32,000 bases of DNA from an uncultured Methanobacterium sp. (GTDB taxonomy: Archaea > Methanobacteriota > Methanobacteria > Methanobacteriales > Methanobacteriaceae): assembly GCA_964508435.1 (NCBI GenBank), contig CAZDTW010000008.1:5870-37869 (forward strand), read 5' to 3'. A program made the translations under genes and the position numbers. Every line of letters starts with the position of its first letter. The first letter of the stretch is position 1. Shown piece after piece: positions 1 to 10,774 of the stretch. The notes below the pieces were generated by a model. That model ran no database searches and was not told the DNA's origin. It saw only the letters and a list, made by a program, of their open reading frames with translations.

Positions 1-426
1 AGGCTCTTCAGGACTTTCCTGTATATGGCATCAGAAGAAGAGATGCCCCTTATTGTACATGCCCGTGATGCCGAAGAAAAGGCCTTGGAAATGTCCGAGG
101 GGTATGAGGGGATACCAAAAATAATATTCCATTGCTATGGAGGAGATTTAGAAACCGCCCAGCGGATAATGGATAGTGGGCACCTGATCTCATTGTCCAC
201 ACTGGTATGTTTTTCACCCCACCATCAGGAACTGGCCCGTGAAATACCCCTATCCCACCTTTTAACTGAAACAGATAGCCCATACCTCTCTCCATTCAAG
301 GGGCAACGTAACGAACCAGCTTTCGTGGAGGAAACCGTTAAAACCATAGCTAATATGAAGTCCATGGATGTGCAGGAAGTGGCGGCCGTTACTGAAAAGA
401 ATGCTCGCCAGGTATTCGGGATTTAG
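1..426 (+). CDS. TatD-family metal-dependent hydrolase/DNase, C-terminal part (5' end outside window)
   Basis: The frame is open from nt 1, with no stop before the ATG at 25. The C-terminal TatD signature is visible: IFHCYGG ... [18 protein letters not shown]. Confidence 0.8.
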   Translation, partial: RLFRTFLYMASEEEMPLIVHARDAEEKALEMSEGYEGIPKIIFHCYGGDLETAQRIMDSGHLISLSTLVCFSPHHQELAREIPLSHLLTETDSPYLSPFKGQRNEPAFVEETVKTIANMKSMDVQEVAAVTEKNARQVFGI

Positions 427-460
427 TGTGATGTTAATATATGAATTTATTCCTGTCTAA

Positions 461-859
461 TTAACCCTCTCCAACTTTATCTTTAAATTCATCCTCATCA
501 AAAACTTCTTTTGCAGCTAGAATTCCGTTTATAGACCTGGGAAATCCAGCATAAACTGCCATTTGTATTATAACTTCCAATATCTCTTCTTTAGTACAAC
601 CCACATTCAATGCACCACGTATATGGCTTTTTAACTGGGTGTGCGCACCTCCCATGGTAGTTATGGCAGAGATGGTTACCAGTTCTCTGATTTTTAAATC
701 CAACCCGGGCCGGGTGTAAATATCGCCGTAGGGGAATTCAACTACATACCGGGCCAGGTCAGGAGCTATATCAGCTAGACTGTCCTCTAGTGTCTGGAAT
801 GATTTGGGATTCATAATTTTAAGATTTTCCAGGCCTTTATGGTACCTATTTTCGCTCAT
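461..859 (-). CDS. Carboxymuconolactone decarboxylase (AhpD-like) family protein
   Basis: 132-aa ORF with a CMD-family core: [53 protein letters not shown]. Confidence 0.75.
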   Translation of the reverse strand: MSENRYHKGLENLKIMNPKSFQTLEDSLADIAPDLARYVVEFPYGDIYTRPGLDLKIRELVTISAITTMGGAHTQLKSHIRGALNVGCTKEEILEVIIQMAVYAGFPRSINGILAAKEVFDEDEFKDKVGEG

Positions 860-980
860 TTTCTCACCAAGTATCTCTTTGCTTCTTTCGAGGTAAATAT
901 TTCTTTAAAAGACTAATATTTTATTACTAACCTTTAGTATAATTTAGTCAGTGAAATGTTAATTGTTAAAGGTGATGTTT

Positions 981-1244
981 ATGATGCGAAAATTCACGTG
1001 TTTGGTGTTGGTGCTGGGCCTAGTGTTAGTCACCCTACCAGTTTTAGCAGCTCAGACTCCCTCTGTGGGAGAAGTAAAGGACACTGCGGATCAAGCGCTT
1101 CAAAATGCCAGTGATGCTACCAACCAGACGGCTCAGGAGATACAACAAACCCTAGATCCTATAGAGAGTATATTAAATACCATAAACTCCGTAATACAGC
1201 AAATACAGCAGATATTTTATTTGTTTAATTTTGGACAGCAGTAA
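981..1244 (+). CDS. Small secreted Q/N-rich protein, unknown function
   Basis: ORF-track 963..1244 is trimmed to the ATG at 981, which lies 4 nt after GGTGAT (971-976). It has a signal peptide [24 protein letters not shown] followed by a Q-rich helical-looking tail. Sequons NAS and NQT are present. No family is recognised. Confidence 0.5.
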   Translation: MMRKFTCLVLVLGLVLVTLPVLAAQTPSVGEVKDTADQALQNASDATNQTAQEIQQTLDPIESILNTINSVIQQIQQIFYLFNFGQQ

Positions 1245-1253
1245 AATGATATA

Positions 1254-1928
1254 ATGAAGCCTCGAGTTATTTTAAACGCAGCCATGACATTGGATGGCAA
1301 AATAGCCACCAGAAAGGGTAATTCTGAAATATCTGGTAAAGAAGATCTTTTAAGGGTGCATAGGCTGCGGAAAGAGTGCGATGCCATAATGGTGGGTATT
1401 AACACGGTTCTGACCGATGATCCGCGCTTAACTATCCATAAAATTTCTATGGATCCAGCTGAGAATCCAGTAAGGGTGGTGGTAGATAGCCAAGCACGTA
1501 CACCCCTCCAGGCACGAGTTTTATCCGGAGATGCCCCTACCATTATTGCGGTTAGTAAAAAGGCACCCCAAGATAGTTTGGAAAAACTAAGCCAGTATGC
1601 AAAGATAATAGTCTGTGGGGATGAAAAAGTTGACCTGGAATGTTTAATGGATAACTTAGGGCGTATAAGGATAGATACCCTCATGCTGGAGGGTGGCTCT
1701 ACCTTAAATTATTCTATGCTCTTGTTGGGTCTGGTAAATGAGGTCCGTGTGTGTGTGGCACCTATGATTGTTGGCGGAAGCCAGGCCAGGACTCTGGTTG
1801 ATGGGGAAGGAATGGATTATATGTCACAAGCAGTGAAGCTCAAATTGATAAGATCATACCCCCTGGGTGAAGATTTAATCCTGGAATATGAAGTTATAAC
1901 TGATTTAAATGATTTTAAATTAAAATAA
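1254..1928 (+). CDS. arfC: 2,5-diamino-6-ribosylamino-4(3H)-pyrimidinone 5'-phosphate reductase (RibD C-terminal domain type, archaeal riboflavin/F420 pathway)
   Basis: 224 aa with RibD_C/DHFR-like motifs: VILNAAMTLDGKIATRKG, AIMVGINTVLTDDPRLT, LMLEGGSTLN. Confidence 0.75.
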   Translation: MKPRVILNAAMTLDGKIATRKGNSEISGKEDLLRVHRLRKECDAIMVGINTVLTDDPRLTIHKISMDPAENPVRVVVDSQARTPLQARVLSGDAPTIIAVSKKAPQDSLEKLSQYAKIIVCGDEKVDLECLMDNLGRIRIDTLMLEGGSTLNYSMLLLGLVNEVRVCVAPMIVGGSQARTLVDGEGMDYMSQAVKLKLIRSYPLGEDLILEYEVITDLNDFKLK

Positions 1929-1991
1929 AATTTAGTATTAATTCTATAGATTTATTTAGGTTTTCAGAGGCCTTCTTCAGGGACTTCCAGA

Positions 1992-2657
1992 TTAGATTAT
2001 GCCCTTATTCCGGAGAATGTTTTGTGGATTGTCTTTTAGAACATGTGACAGTAGTTTTTTAGGTAAACCTGCCCCCATAGCTATTTTACTTGCCATTTCA
2101 TAGTCTATCAGGTCTCCCGGGGCATGAGTATCGGTGTTAACCACCAGATTGGTTCCCACTTCCAGCGCCATTTGGACTACATGACCATTACCAAGACTGT
2201 GACCCCGCCTAGCGCTTATTTCAAGAGTTATATCATTCTCACCAGCTATTTCAGCTTCTTCTCTGGTGATAAGGCCTGGATGTGCCAGAACATCCACATC
2301 CGGACAGTTAACGGCACTCCAGTTGGTGCCTTCTATAACTGGCTCCACCAGAGTCTCTCCATGGACTACGATGATTTCGGCTCCTTTTTTACGAGCCATA
2401 CGGGCCAATTTGGGAATTATTTCCGCAGGAGCGTGGGTGATTTCAGCTCCGGGTATGATTTCTATATCCCAATTATCCCGAATATCCATCACTGCATCTA
2501 TGACCTTCCCCACACAATCGATGTTGGATGCGTCTACATGGTCGGTAATGGCCAGGGCCTGGTGGCCTAAAACACTGGCACGTCTGGCTAATTCTGAGGG
2601 TAAGAGCTCTCCATCGCTGAAAATGCTATGAGTATGCAGATCAATTCTTTTTTCTAT
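1992..2657 (-). CDS. PHP-family metal-dependent phosphoesterase (histidinol-phosphatase-like)
   Basis: The ORF track starts at GTG 2513 (173 aa). The same frame is open up to 2678 and encodes the PHP N-terminal motif [38 protein letters not shown]. Later motifs are VVHGE and NTDTHAPGD. No ATG, GTG or TTG lies upstream of 2513 in frame, so the 5' end is set provisionally at ATA 2657 (ATT 2645 is the alternative). The product call is firm; the start is uncertain. Confidence 0.65.
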   Translation of the reverse strand: MEKRIDLHTHSIFSDGELLPSELARRASVLGHQALAITDHVDASNIDCVGKVIDAVMDIRDNWDIEIIPGAEITHAPAEIIPKLARMARKKGAEIIVVHGETLVEPVIEGTNWSAVNCPDVDVLAHPGLITREEAEIAGENDITLEISARRGHSLGNGHVVQMALEVGTNLVVNTDTHAPGDLIDYEMASKIAMGAGLPKKLLSHVLKDNPQNILRNKGII

Positions 2658-2730
2658 ACAGGGTCCCCCTAGGGTTTGTTAACTTGATAGATTATTTTAG
2701 GTAGAAGTACATATTAAAGATAGTGATAGA

Positions 2731-3609
2731 ATGCAGTGTTCTGTTTTTGCCCCCTCCCACATAACTGGCTTTTTTGAGATAAAAAAACATAATGAAGCAT
2801 TTTTGTCAGGATCCCGGGGGGCAGGAGTTACCCTGGATCAGGGAGTGTTAACCCGGGTATCAGTCGAAGAAGGTGAAGGAAAGTTGGAGATCTTGGTTAA
2901 TGGTCAATTTCAGAATAACCAGAGATTCATATCACAGATCGTAAAGGATCTGATCAGCAACAAGTTTCCATCACTCAATCTGGCCAGTTTAGATATTCGC
3001 ATGGACCATGAACATAATGTGCCCATAGGATCGGGGTTTGGAGTTTCAGCAGCCTTTGCTCTGGGGACATCTTTAGGGATATGCAGCTGTTTAAATTTAC
3101 CTATGACATTTAACCAGGCATGTGAAGTGGCTCATCTGGCGGAGTTGGAACTAGATAGTGGGCTGGGTGATGTAATGGGTGAAGCTTATGGGGGAATAGT
3201 TTTAAGACTTAAAGAGGGCCCTCCTGGTCGGGGTCAGGCGGATCGTATTATGGTGGATAGAGAGCTTTACGTTATAACCAGAACCCTGGGGGAGATCGAT
3301 ACTGCCGATATAATTAACAGCCCCCACCATCAGGAAAGAATTAATCAAGCTGGATCAAAGCTTCTGGAGTTACTTTTAAAAAATCCCACACCTGCCCATT
3401 TCATGCTCCTATCCCGGAGATTTGCTGAGGAAACTCACCTCATGGATGATGAGCTTAAGGAAATAGTGGAAATAATGGATGAGGAGAGTTTGGGTGCATC
3501 CATGGCCATGTTAGGCCAAACCGCATTTGCAATATCTTCGGAGCCAGATTCCAGTGTTGAAAAGGTTTTAGTTAGTAGAATCGACCATTTGGGGTGCCGA
3601 TTTTTGTAA
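2731..3609 (+). CDS. Archaeal pantoate kinase (GHMP kinase family, CoA biosynthesis)
   Basis: 292 aa. The N-terminus FAPSHITGFFEI and the GHMP phosphate-binding motif PIGSGFGVSAA fit the COG1829-type archaeal PoK architecture. Confidence 0.7.
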   Translation: MQCSVFAPSHITGFFEIKKHNEAFLSGSRGAGVTLDQGVLTRVSVEEGEGKLEILVNGQFQNNQRFISQIVKDLISNKFPSLNLASLDIRMDHEHNVPIGSGFGVSAAFALGTSLGICSCLNLPMTFNQACEVAHLAELELDSGLGDVMGEAYGGIVLRLKEGPPGRGQADRIMVDRELYVITRTLGEIDTADIINSPHHQERINQAGSKLLELLLKNPTPAHFMLLSRRFAEETHLMDDELKEIVEIMDEESLGASMAMLGQTAFAISSEPDSSVEKVLVSRIDHLGCRFL

Positions 3610-3688
3610 TATATTATATTTTCATGGTAAATGACTAAAAGATAAGAAATAGGGAAACTAGATTATTCTATTCGATATTCTCGTGTTC

Positions 3689-4393
3689 TTATTTTTCTTC
3701 TAATATTCTTTCCTCTTCATCCGATACCTTACCATCCCGGACGTATACAATCTGATCCGCCATTTTAGCCACGTAAGGTTCGTGGGTGACCATCACCAGC
3801 GTCACATTTTCCTGTTCATGAAGATCACGCAGTAACTTTAATATAATATCTCCAGTCTTGGAGTCCAGGGACCCTGTGGGTTCATCAGCCAGGATAATGG
3901 ATGGATGGTTCACCAGGGCACGGGCGATGGCCACTCTCTGCCTTTCCCCACCGGAAAGTTTGTTCGGTGTTTGAAGGATCTTATCATCCAAACCAACCGC
4001 TTTTAAAAGCTCCAGGGCCCTCTCTTGCATTTGTTTGGAGTTCAGACGGGTCTCAAACATGGGGATTTCCACGTTTTCCTGGACGTTGAGGTTGGGAATG
4101 AGATTATGCATCTGGAATACAAAACCGATTTCCTGGGATCGGAACTGGCTCAGATCCTTTTTAACGGTGAGATCAATACCAGCTACCCTGATCCGGCCAC
4201 TGTCAGCGGTATCCAGTGCTCCAATCATATTCAGGAGAGTTGATTTCCCAGAACCGGAAGGGCCCATTATGGAGACAAATTCTCCCTTTTTTATTTTAAG
4301 ATCCAAGCCATTCAGGGCGGTTATTTTTCCTTCATCATACCTTTTTTTCAGATCCTTGATCTCAATAATATACTCATTCATAGCCTCATTCAT
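3689..4393 (-). CDS. ABC transporter ATP-binding protein (MacB/LolD type)
   Basis: Walker [10 protein letters not shown], signature LSGGERQR, Walker [13 protein letters not shown]-loop VTHE. The start is moved from 4459 to ATG 4393 ([15 protein letters not shown]), which overlaps the permease stop codon. ATG 4381 is an alternative start. Confidence 0.9.
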   Translation of the reverse strand: MNEAMNEYIIEIKDLKKRYDEGKITALNGLDLKIKKGEFVSIMGPSGSGKSTLLNMIGALDTADSGRIRVAGIDLTVKKDLSQFRSQEIGFVFQMHNLIPNLNVQENVEIPMFETRLNSKQMQERALELLKAVGLDDKILQTPNKLSGGERQRVAIARALVNHPSIILADEPTGSLDSKTGDIILKLLRDLHEQENVTLVMVTHEPYVAKMADQIVYVRDGKVSDEEERILEEK

Positions 4394-4396
4394 AGC
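4373..4396. repeat. Perfect 12-bp tandem duplication at the ABC permease/ATPase junction
   Basis: CTCATTCATAGC occurs twice in tandem (4373-4384, 4385-4396). On the coding strand this reads GCTATGAATGAG x2 and creates the two start candidates MNEA and MNEY. Confidence 0.9.
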
Positions 4397-5507
4397 GCAA
4401 CGCCTCGGTTGGTGGGAGCTGGGATGCCCGATAGGCAGGATAGATTCCACCCAGCACACCCACTAAAATAGCCACTAAAAACCCTCTGATAAACACATCT
4501 AAAGAGTATGCAGGACTTATTTCTCCACCCAACACACTTAATCCGACTATGGCTGCCAGGATACCCAGGACAGTGCCCACCACAGCTGCTATAAGGGTTA
4601 GAACAATGGACTCACCCATAATCATGCCCAGGATTCTTCTACTTCTCCAACCCACTGCCTTTAAAACACCAATTTCTCTGGTACGTTCGTAAACTGACAT
4701 GATCATGGTATTAATTACTCCTACTCCTCCAATGAATATGGCCAGTAACGAAATGGCCCAGGTTGCAGAGTCAATGATGCTAAGCCCCTCATTAATTCTG
4801 TCAGTGAGAGCGGTAGCTGTGGTGGCAGATAGTTCGTTGGGATAAGTGTTTTCTATGGTTTGACTTAGCTGGGTGAGGTTGGTATCATCCTTGGCCTGTA
4901 TGTATATGGTTGAAACCTCTCCAGGACTGTTGGTTATATCCTGTAAGGTATCCAGCGAGGTAAATGCCGCTCCATCGTACATCATATTCCCGGTTTCAAA
5001 TATGCCGGTGATGGTGAAGTCTTCTCCGAATAGGTTGATGGTGTCTCCCTCCTTTTTATCAAGGGACTCTGCAGCGGTTTTTCCAATTATGATTTCATTA
5101 TTATCAGGGGAGAATAGACTTCCATTTACACTTCCAATATCCACGACACTGAGTTTATCCAGTTCAATACCATTGACGGAAAAGGATCCAAAACCGCCGC
5201 TTCCGCTGGTGTTAATGGTGGGAGTTTTTCTCAAAACACCGGCCGCATTTTTAACTCCACTGATGTTTGCCAATTCACCTACCCGGACTTCGTCTATGGT
5301 ACCGGACATGAAATTTGAATTAGCTTCGGTTACCGTCAGATCAGATCCTCCTGCATTTAAGGTCTCTGATGTGGCTGCTTTCAGGCCACCAGTTACCAGG
5401 CCCAGGGCCACAATGGTGGCGATACCAATGGCAATTCCCACAATTGCCAGTGCACTCCTGGTTTTATTTCTAAATGGATTTTTTAGAATGAGTGTTAAGT
5501 AAGACAT
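4386..5507 (-). CDS. ABC transporter permease, FtsX/MacB type
   Basis: 373 aa with an N-terminal TM helix, an extracytoplasmic domain of about 230 aa, and three C-terminal TM helices (FtsX-like). It overlaps the downstream ATPase gene by 8 nt. Confidence 0.85.
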   Translation of the reverse strand: MSYLTLILKNPFRNKTRSALAIVGIAIGIATIVALGLVTGGLKAATSETLNAGGSDLTVTEANSNFMSGTIDEVRVGELANISGVKNAAGVLRKTPTINTSGSGGFGSFSVNGIELDKLSVVDIGSVNGSLFSPDNNEIIIGKTAAESLDKKEGDTINLFGEDFTITGIFETGNMMYDGAAFTSLDTLQDITNSPGEVSTIYIQAKDDTNLTQLSQTIENTYPNELSATTATALTDRINEGLSIIDSATWAISLLAIFIGGVGVINTMIMSVYERTREIGVLKAVGWRSRRILGMIMGESIVLTLIAAVVGTVLGILAAIVGLSVLGGEISPAYSLDVFIRGFLVAILVGVLGGIYPAYRASQLPPTEALRYE

Positions 5508-5577
5508 ATTCCTTTATTATTCAATGAGCTTGGTAAAAATGATTATGCCAAATTTCATTGCATAAATTCAAAATTCT

Positions 5578-6378
5578 TCACAAGAGAGAAACATCCTCAA
5601 TTACGTACTTAATCCCCTCTTCATCCAGTTTGCGGCTGATGCTACGAGTCATCTTTCCCACCGCGAATACCAGGATATTAAGCCCCCTTCTGGAAGCTGC
5701 CACTGTTGCTTGGGGAGTTGCAAATTCAAAATCGGGCCGAATTCCAACTTTATCCACCACCGATCGGGACACTGTTCCCATTATACCCACCCGATCAAAT
5801 TCCATACCATAATCTACATAAATCTTACGCACTTTATCCAGATCTGTCTTCTTAGAACCACCCTGATTTATAGGAGGAAGCTTTACTATTACTATCGACC
5901 CCGGCTCCAGTTCTATGGTTCCACCCAGACTGCTTAAAGCCACATCTTCCCCCTTAAGTGCATCATGAAGTACTTCGGCGTGGGCTGGTGACTCATCCTT
6001 CCCGGCATATAGTGTTCCGTCCTCCATCCTCAGCCACACCTTTTCCCCTGCCTTGAGATCCTCCTTGGCCAGTGCAGGCCATACTGATTTGTAGGTGTTC
6101 ATGGTGTCCAGGACCTGATCAGCATATTTACGAAGATTTAACGCCTCTTTTTTAACTTTCTCAATGCCACGATTGGTGATTTTGTAGCGTGAGTGACCGC
6201 GACCAGTTTCCACCAAGCCGTCATCTGCTAGGCTTTTAATATTTTCTGAAACCGCTTGAATGGTTATGCCTAGTTTATCAGCTATATCTTTCTGGCGTAG
6301 ATGGGGATCCCCCCTGGCTATCTCAGCCAGTATCTGGAAACGAGTTATTTCACCTCTTTTTTTGAACACTTTCATCAC
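5578..6378 (-). CDS. Winged-helix transcriptional regulator with an uncharacterised C-terminal domain of about 190 aa
   Basis: N-terminal wHTH: [47 protein letters not shown]. The remaining sequence has no motif I recognise. It lies directly upstream of the ABC genes on the same strand. Confidence 0.6.
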   Translation of the reverse strand: MMKVFKKRGEITRFQILAEIARGDPHLRQKDIADKLGITIQAVSENIKSLADDGLVETGRGHSRYKITNRGIEKVKKEALNLRKYADQVLDTMNTYKSVWPALAKEDLKAGEKVWLRMEDGTLYAGKDESPAHAEVLHDALKGEDVALSSLGGTIELEPGSIVIVKLPPINQGGSKKTDLDKVRKIYVDYGMEFDRVGIMGTVSRSVVDKVGIRPDFEFATPQATVAASRRGLNILVFAVGKMTRSISRKLDEEGIKYVIEDVSLL

Positions 6379-6475
6379 ATCACCAAATGTAACTTAAAAA
6401 CTTTTTGATTAAAGACTGGATTTGGTATTGATAATTATTGGTAATTGCGGCAGATTATATTGGCTAACTTAACCA

Positions 6476-7894
6476 TCAAATTAAACCATTAAGAGTTTGA
6501 TTAAAGATATTCAGGAAGTTTTCCTTTTTTTTTGTGGGTATGTAAGCACCACAAGCTACTGAATGTCCGCCCCCAGTACCTCCTACTCTGTTGGCCACCT
6601 CTTTAATCAGGTTACCAAAATGTATCCCATCATAGGCTAAAAGCCGTGAACAACGTAATGAAACTTTTAAACCGTCCTTTTCATCCCCTATTTCAGTAAA
6701 TGCTATTATTGGCTTCTTCCAATCCCCATAACTTAATAGCATACCGGCTAAGGTTCCGATAACATTGCTTTTTATCCCGTTACCATCGAAATATTGCAGG
6801 TTTTTCAGGGATTTAATCCGGTCTTCTTCCTGGATCCAATCCATTTGGCGGGCCAGGTAACCGCGATGTTCCTTGGCCAAGTGTTCCATGTCTTTCAATG
6901 CCATTTGACGGTTGCCCTTCAGGACTTTAAACGCTATATCCGGTCGTTCATGTCGGCTGCAAGCGTTTACTGCGGTTGAGAACTCACCGGCATCTCGAAG
7001 TGGTGAATATCTCTCTTCTTTTAAAAATTCGTAGGAATCACCAGAAACCAGACGGGGAACATACTTAGCATATTTTCGGGGAACTTCCAGGGTTAACATC
7101 CTTACTAACTCTGAGAATAGCCGAATTTTTTCATCCTGATTTAAATCCGATAGAGTACGTGGCTTTTTGCCATCCTTACTCGGTATTCTGAGTTTTTTTA
7201 GTAGAAGAAGACATTCATTCCGGTTATTTGTTATAGGAAGTTTAACATCTCCAAAATAGGATAGAGCGACGTATATGGGTCGCGTCTGTCTGCCATAAAT
7301 GGACAGGTCATTAAATGATCTAACCAGGCCCATCCGTTCACTATCTTCCAGTATGGGCTGGTTTAATCCTTCTAATTTTCCAGTTAAACTATTCTGCATA
7401 TCCCCTACAGCACTCAAAACTGCAATCCAGCTCAAGTCCTCGAAACCAAACTTTTTAGCCAAAAGATAAGACATACCTCCACCAGAAACGTGATAAGACC
7501 CGTCCATCCCAAAGTAATTGGGATTTATTTCAATAAACTCTCCCTTCCATGCTGCTCCCATCTTTCTTAAAGGAGGGTGGTGGTCCAGTATTAAAACTTT
7601 GGAGTTGGAGGTGGCAAAGTGGTCCAGATTCTGTCCAGAACCAAGATCAGACAATATGGTCAGTTCATTCTCTGCTTTCTTTTCTGGAATCTTATCCAAA
7701 CTAATGAATTCTATTTCATGATCTATTTCCAGTCGGTCCAGGGTGGATGAGAGGATTGCGCCAGCAGATATACCATCACAATCAATGTGAGTTATTATCT
7801 TGATGTCTTCAGAATTCTCTACCAATTCACGGGCCTTTTGTATGGGCCGGTCAAGTGGCTTGAGAATGCTTTCCTGGGGGAATTTTTTATTCAT
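6476..7894 (-). CDS. RecJ/Cdc45-like DHH-family phosphoesterase (archaeal GAN-like nuclease)
   Basis: 472 aa. DHH motifs [17 protein letters not shown] and LILDHHPP, plus the DHHA1 motif [10 protein letters not shown]. Confidence 0.8.
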   Translation of the reverse strand: MNKKFPQESILKPLDRPIQKARELVENSEDIKIITHIDCDGISAGAILSSTLDRLEIDHEIEFISLDKIPEKKAENELTILSDLGSGQNLDHFATSNSKVLILDHHPPLRKMGAAWKGEFIEINPNYFGMDGSYHVSGGGMSYLLAKKFGFEDLSWIAVLSAVGDMQNSLTGKLEGLNQPILEDSERMGLVRSFNDLSIYGRQTRPIYVALSYFGDVKLPITNNRNECLLLLKKLRIPSKDGKKPRTLSDLNQDEKIRLFSELVRMLTLEVPRKYAKYVPRLVSGDSYEFLKEERYSPLRDAGEFSTAVNACSRHERPDIAFKVLKGNRQMALKDMEHLAKEHRGYLARQMDWIQEEDRIKSLKNLQYFDGNGIKSNVIGTLAGMLLSYGDWKKPIIAFTEIGDEKDGLKVSLRCSRLLAYDGIHFGNLIKEVANRVGGTGGGHSVACGAYIPTKKKENFLNIFNQTLNGLI

Positions 7895-7942
7895 GAATTT
7901 AAAAAGTTTGGTTTGTAAATAATCACCTTAATTAGCTTTCTA

Positions 7943-8227
7943 TCAGGATCTGGACGATTTAATGAGGGTACTGATCTTTAAAATCATTTCCCGTTTGGGA
8001 AATTTTTTATCCACCACTACTCTTCCGGAGTTTTCCCACCAGGACTTGGGATATGATTTCCCTTTTTCAGTATAGGGGTTTAATCCCAGCTTCTCTGCGG
8101 CCTGCTTGATTTCACGAAGTTTAGGTGTTGAAACTGCTTGTTTGACGGGAATTTTTCTTCCTTCTCTCTGGGATTTTTTAGAATCCAGATACGCCGGCCA
8201 AATTATGGTTTTATCTTTATCTGCCAT
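7943..8227 (-). CDS. srp19: Signal recognition particle protein SRP19
   Basis: 94 aa with the typical SRP19 N-terminus [20 protein letters not shown] and a basic C-terminus. Confidence 0.85.
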   Translation of the reverse strand: MADKDKTIIWPAYLDSKKSQREGRKIPVKQAVSTPKLREIKQAAEKLGLNPYTEKGKSYPKSWWENSGRVVVDKKFPKREMILKISTLIKSSRS

Positions 8228-8228
8228 A

Positions 8229-9008
8229 CTAGTTCATCTCTTCCATCATTTTATCTAACATGGCCTTGACTGTATATTTGGATGGGGCAATGTAGGGTAA
8301 ATTATACTCCTGGATTGCATAGCCGGTTATGGGGCCAATGACAATAATCATGATTTTTTTAGATTTTAAATAATTAATAAGCTCTTTTTTCCTTTCACCA
8401 GCAATTTCAAAGAGATTATGGACAGTCAAGGGGCTGGTAAAGATTATAGCATCTACTTCATCATTGAGTATGCCGCCTATTAAATCCTGGACTGGTTTTG
8501 GATCTTGAGGGACTGTGGATTGGTAGGCTTCGGCCAGTAAAACCTGGGCTCCCATTTTTCTCAAACCCTCTGGCAAGATATCTCGTGCAGAAAATGTGCG
8601 GGGGATGCCTATGATTTTTCCTTCCAGATTCAACGGAGCCATAATCTTCAATAAACCTTCTGCTGTGTAATCTTCCGGCAGCAGTTCTGCTATTAATCCG
8701 TATTCTTCTAAAGCTCTTTGGGTACGTGGTCCAATAACAGCGATCCTACAATCTGGATTTAGTTCAGATTTAAAATCAGGACAGTACCTGAAGAGTGATT
8801 CCAGTGATGCCGGGGAAGTGAATATGATCCAGTCCAAGTCTGGGGCATGCTGGCACAGTTCAATTAATGATTCGGTTCTGGTCATTACCAGCTCCAGCGT
8901 GGGTGCCAAAAGAGCAGTACCACCTTCCCGGGTGATAATATCCACTGCTGCCTGTGCCCGCTCTAGAGGCCTGGTGACGGCAATCACCTTACCTTCCAAT
9001 CGTTTCAT
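8229..9008 (-). CDS. hemD: Uroporphyrinogen-III synthase
   Basis: 259 aa with the HEM4-family pattern: [33 protein letters not shown] (two-lobe repeat). Confidence 0.75.
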   Translation of the reverse strand: MKRLEGKVIAVTRPLERAQAAVDIITREGGTALLAPTLELVMTRTESLIELCQHAPDLDWIIFTSPASLESLFRYCPDFKSELNPDCRIAVIGPRTQRALEEYGLIAELLPEDYTAEGLLKIMAPLNLEGKIIGIPRTFSARDILPEGLRKMGAQVLLAEAYQSTVPQDPKPVQDLIGGILNDEVDAIIFTSPLTVHNLFEIAGERKKELINYLKSKKIMIIVIGPITGYAIQEYNLPYIAPSKYTVKAMLDKMMEEMN

Positions 9009-9019
9009 ATAAATCCCAT

Positions 9020-9733
9020 TTATGATTTTAAACTTCTAATATTATTATAAACATCTACCACAGGGCCAATTATCACCAGAGCAGGTGGTTTAATGTCTTT
9101 TTGAGTAATATTTCTTAGTGTTCCTGTCACGATCCTCTGGCCAGACATGGTTCCCTTTTCAATGATACACACTGGAGTTTCTGGACTTTTATACTTCATG
9201 ATCTCCTGAACATTTCCTTCCAATTTACCAATACCCATAAGTATGATGATAGTATCCGCATTAAAATCCCATTTAACCTGGTTTTCTCCTTTAGTCGGAT
9301 CTTCATGGCCAGTCACCACGGTAAAGGATGTGGCCACGCCACGATGAGTTACTGGTAAACCCACCGTGCCTGGAACACCAATGGCGGATGTAACTCCAGG
9401 AACGACTTCCACTTCTATCCCCTTTTCTAGAAGGGCTAACATTTCCTCCCCACCCCTTCCAAATACGAATGGATCTCCTCCCTTGAGACGTACCACGGTG
9501 TCATGTTCCTGGCCTTCGCCAATAAGTATCTGGTTTATCTCATCCTGGGTCTTGTAATGAGTCCCGGCCTTTTTACCCACATAGATAAGTTCCGCGTCTG
9601 CTGCTTCTTTTAGTATTTCCTCGTTGGCCAGCCGGTCATAGATCACTACGTCAGCTTTTTTGAGCAACTTAACAGCTTTAATTGTTACCAGTTCCGGGTC
9701 TCCAGGACCTGCACCTACTAAATAGACTACCAT
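9020..9733 (-). CDS. cobA: Uroporphyrinogen-III C-methyltransferase (SUMT)
   Basis: Motifs [15 protein letters not shown] and [16 protein letters not shown]. The start is moved from 9760 to ATG 9733, which is preceded by AAGGTGA at SD distance. Confidence 0.85.
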   Translation of the reverse strand: MVVYLVGAGPGDPELVTIKAVKLLKKADVVIYDRLANEEILKEAADAELIYVGKKAGTHYKTQDEINQILIGEGQEHDTVVRLKGGDPFVFGRGGEEMLALLEKGIEVEVVPGVTSAIGVPGTVGLPVTHRGVATSFTVVTGHEDPTKGENQVKWDFNADTIIILMGIGKLEGNVQEIMKYKSPETPVCIIEKGTMSGQRIVTGTLRNITQKDIKPPALVIIGPVVDVYNNIRSLKS

Positions 9734-9804
9734 CAATTCACCTTGTAAAATAAATTTCATAGACCACTTATAGGCCTAAATCTTCTTATGCGTCACCTTT
9801 TAGT

Positions 9805-10455
9805 TTAATAATTAACCAGGCCCTTGAAGAATTTTAATCCATCATCTGATCCTAGAATAGACTCCGAAGCCCGCTCAGGATGGGGCATAACTGCACAGAC
9901 TCTTCCTTCCAGGTCACATACTCCAGTTATGGCTTCTATAGACCCATTTGGATTCTTTCCCACGAAGCTCAGCACCACCTGATCTTGGTCCTTAAGATCC
10001 TCAATTTGGGGGTTATAGTAACGCCCTTCAGCATGAGCTATTGGCATTTTTATTGTTTCTCCTTTATTATAGAGGCTTGTGAATGGTGTTCTGGTAGTTT
10101 TGACTTCCATTTCCTCCCACTGACAGATGAACTGGGCTTTTTCGTTGAGAGTGAAAACACCAGGAACCAAACCCACTTCGGCTAGGATCTGAGCACCATT
10201 ACAGATACCCAGAACTGGTTTATCTTCTTTAACTGCCTCTTTTATTCCATCAATAACTGGGGTGATGGCAGCAATGGCTCCTGCCCGGAGATAATCTCCA
10301 TAGGAAAATCCGCCAGGTATCACGATGGCATCGTATTTTGATAGATCTTTCTGGTTCCACCAGATATATTCACCTTCACAGCCCACCAGTCTCAGGGCAT
10401 GGAAAACGTCTCGGTCGCAGTTAGAACCGGGGAAACGGATTATTCCCACTTTCAT
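9805..10455 (-). CDS. purQ: Phosphoribosylformylglycinamidine synthase, glutaminase subunit
   Basis: 216 aa. Class-I amidotransferase with the nucleophile in LGICNGAQ and the HPER motif. Its start is 2 nt after the purS stop. Confidence 0.9.
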   Translation of the reverse strand: MKVGIIRFPGSNCDRDVFHALRLVGCEGEYIWWNQKDLSKYDAIVIPGGFSYGDYLRAGAIAAITPVIDGIKEAVKEDKPVLGICNGAQILAEVGLVPGVFTLNEKAQFICQWEEMEVKTTRTPFTSLYNKGETIKMPIAHAEGRYYNPQIEDLKDQDQVVLSFVGKNPNGSIEAITGVCDLEGRVCAVMPHPERASESILGSDDGLKFFKGLVNY

Positions 10456-10457
10456 GG

Positions 10458-10712
10458 TTACCCATCTCCAGGGCTTATGTTTATCTGATAATCATGTATA
10501 ATGGGATTGCAGAGAAGTCGTTGACACATCTGGTCTACTTCTTCCCTGGCTTCTTCCGGATTATTTGCTTCCAGTGAGAACTTAATAATCTCCAAGGTTT
10601 TGGTGTCCTCTACTTGGTATTCTAAAAGGGCCAGAGCCCTCTGGATGGTAGAGGCCTCTGGATTCAGCATGCCCTTCTTCAGACCTATCGTTACTTCGGC
10701 ACGGTACTTCAT
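10458..10712 (-). CDS. purS: Phosphoribosylformylglycinamidine synthase subunit PurS
   Basis: 84 aa, with a PurS-like sequence and a position immediately upstream of purQ. Confidence 0.85.
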   Translation of the reverse strand: MKYRAEVTIGLKKGMLNPEASTIQRALALLEYQVEDTKTLEIIKFSLEANNPEEAREEVDQMCQRLLCNPIIHDYQINISPGDG

Positions 10713-10751
10713 TTAATCACAGTCCTTTTTAACACAATCCTTTATGTATAA

Positions 10752-10774
10752 GACCCATGGGAGACCATAGGGTC
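10752..10774 (-). promoter_or_regulatory. Imperfect hairpin between purC and purS
   Basis: GACCCATGG-GAGA-CCATAGGGTC forms a 9-bp stem with one bulge. It is the only GC-rich element in the 95-nt purC-purS spacer. Confidence 0.25.

Noticed and set aside
1217-1684. Long antisense ORFs opposite real genes. Examples: 1217-1684(-), 2124-2631(+), 4873-5502(+), 23530-23952(-), 28682-29158(-), 29742-30080(-).
   Set aside because: Each lies fully inside a gene with clear family motifs on the other strand. They have low-complexity S/P/R-rich translations, no SD and no recognisable domain, so they are shadow ORFs.
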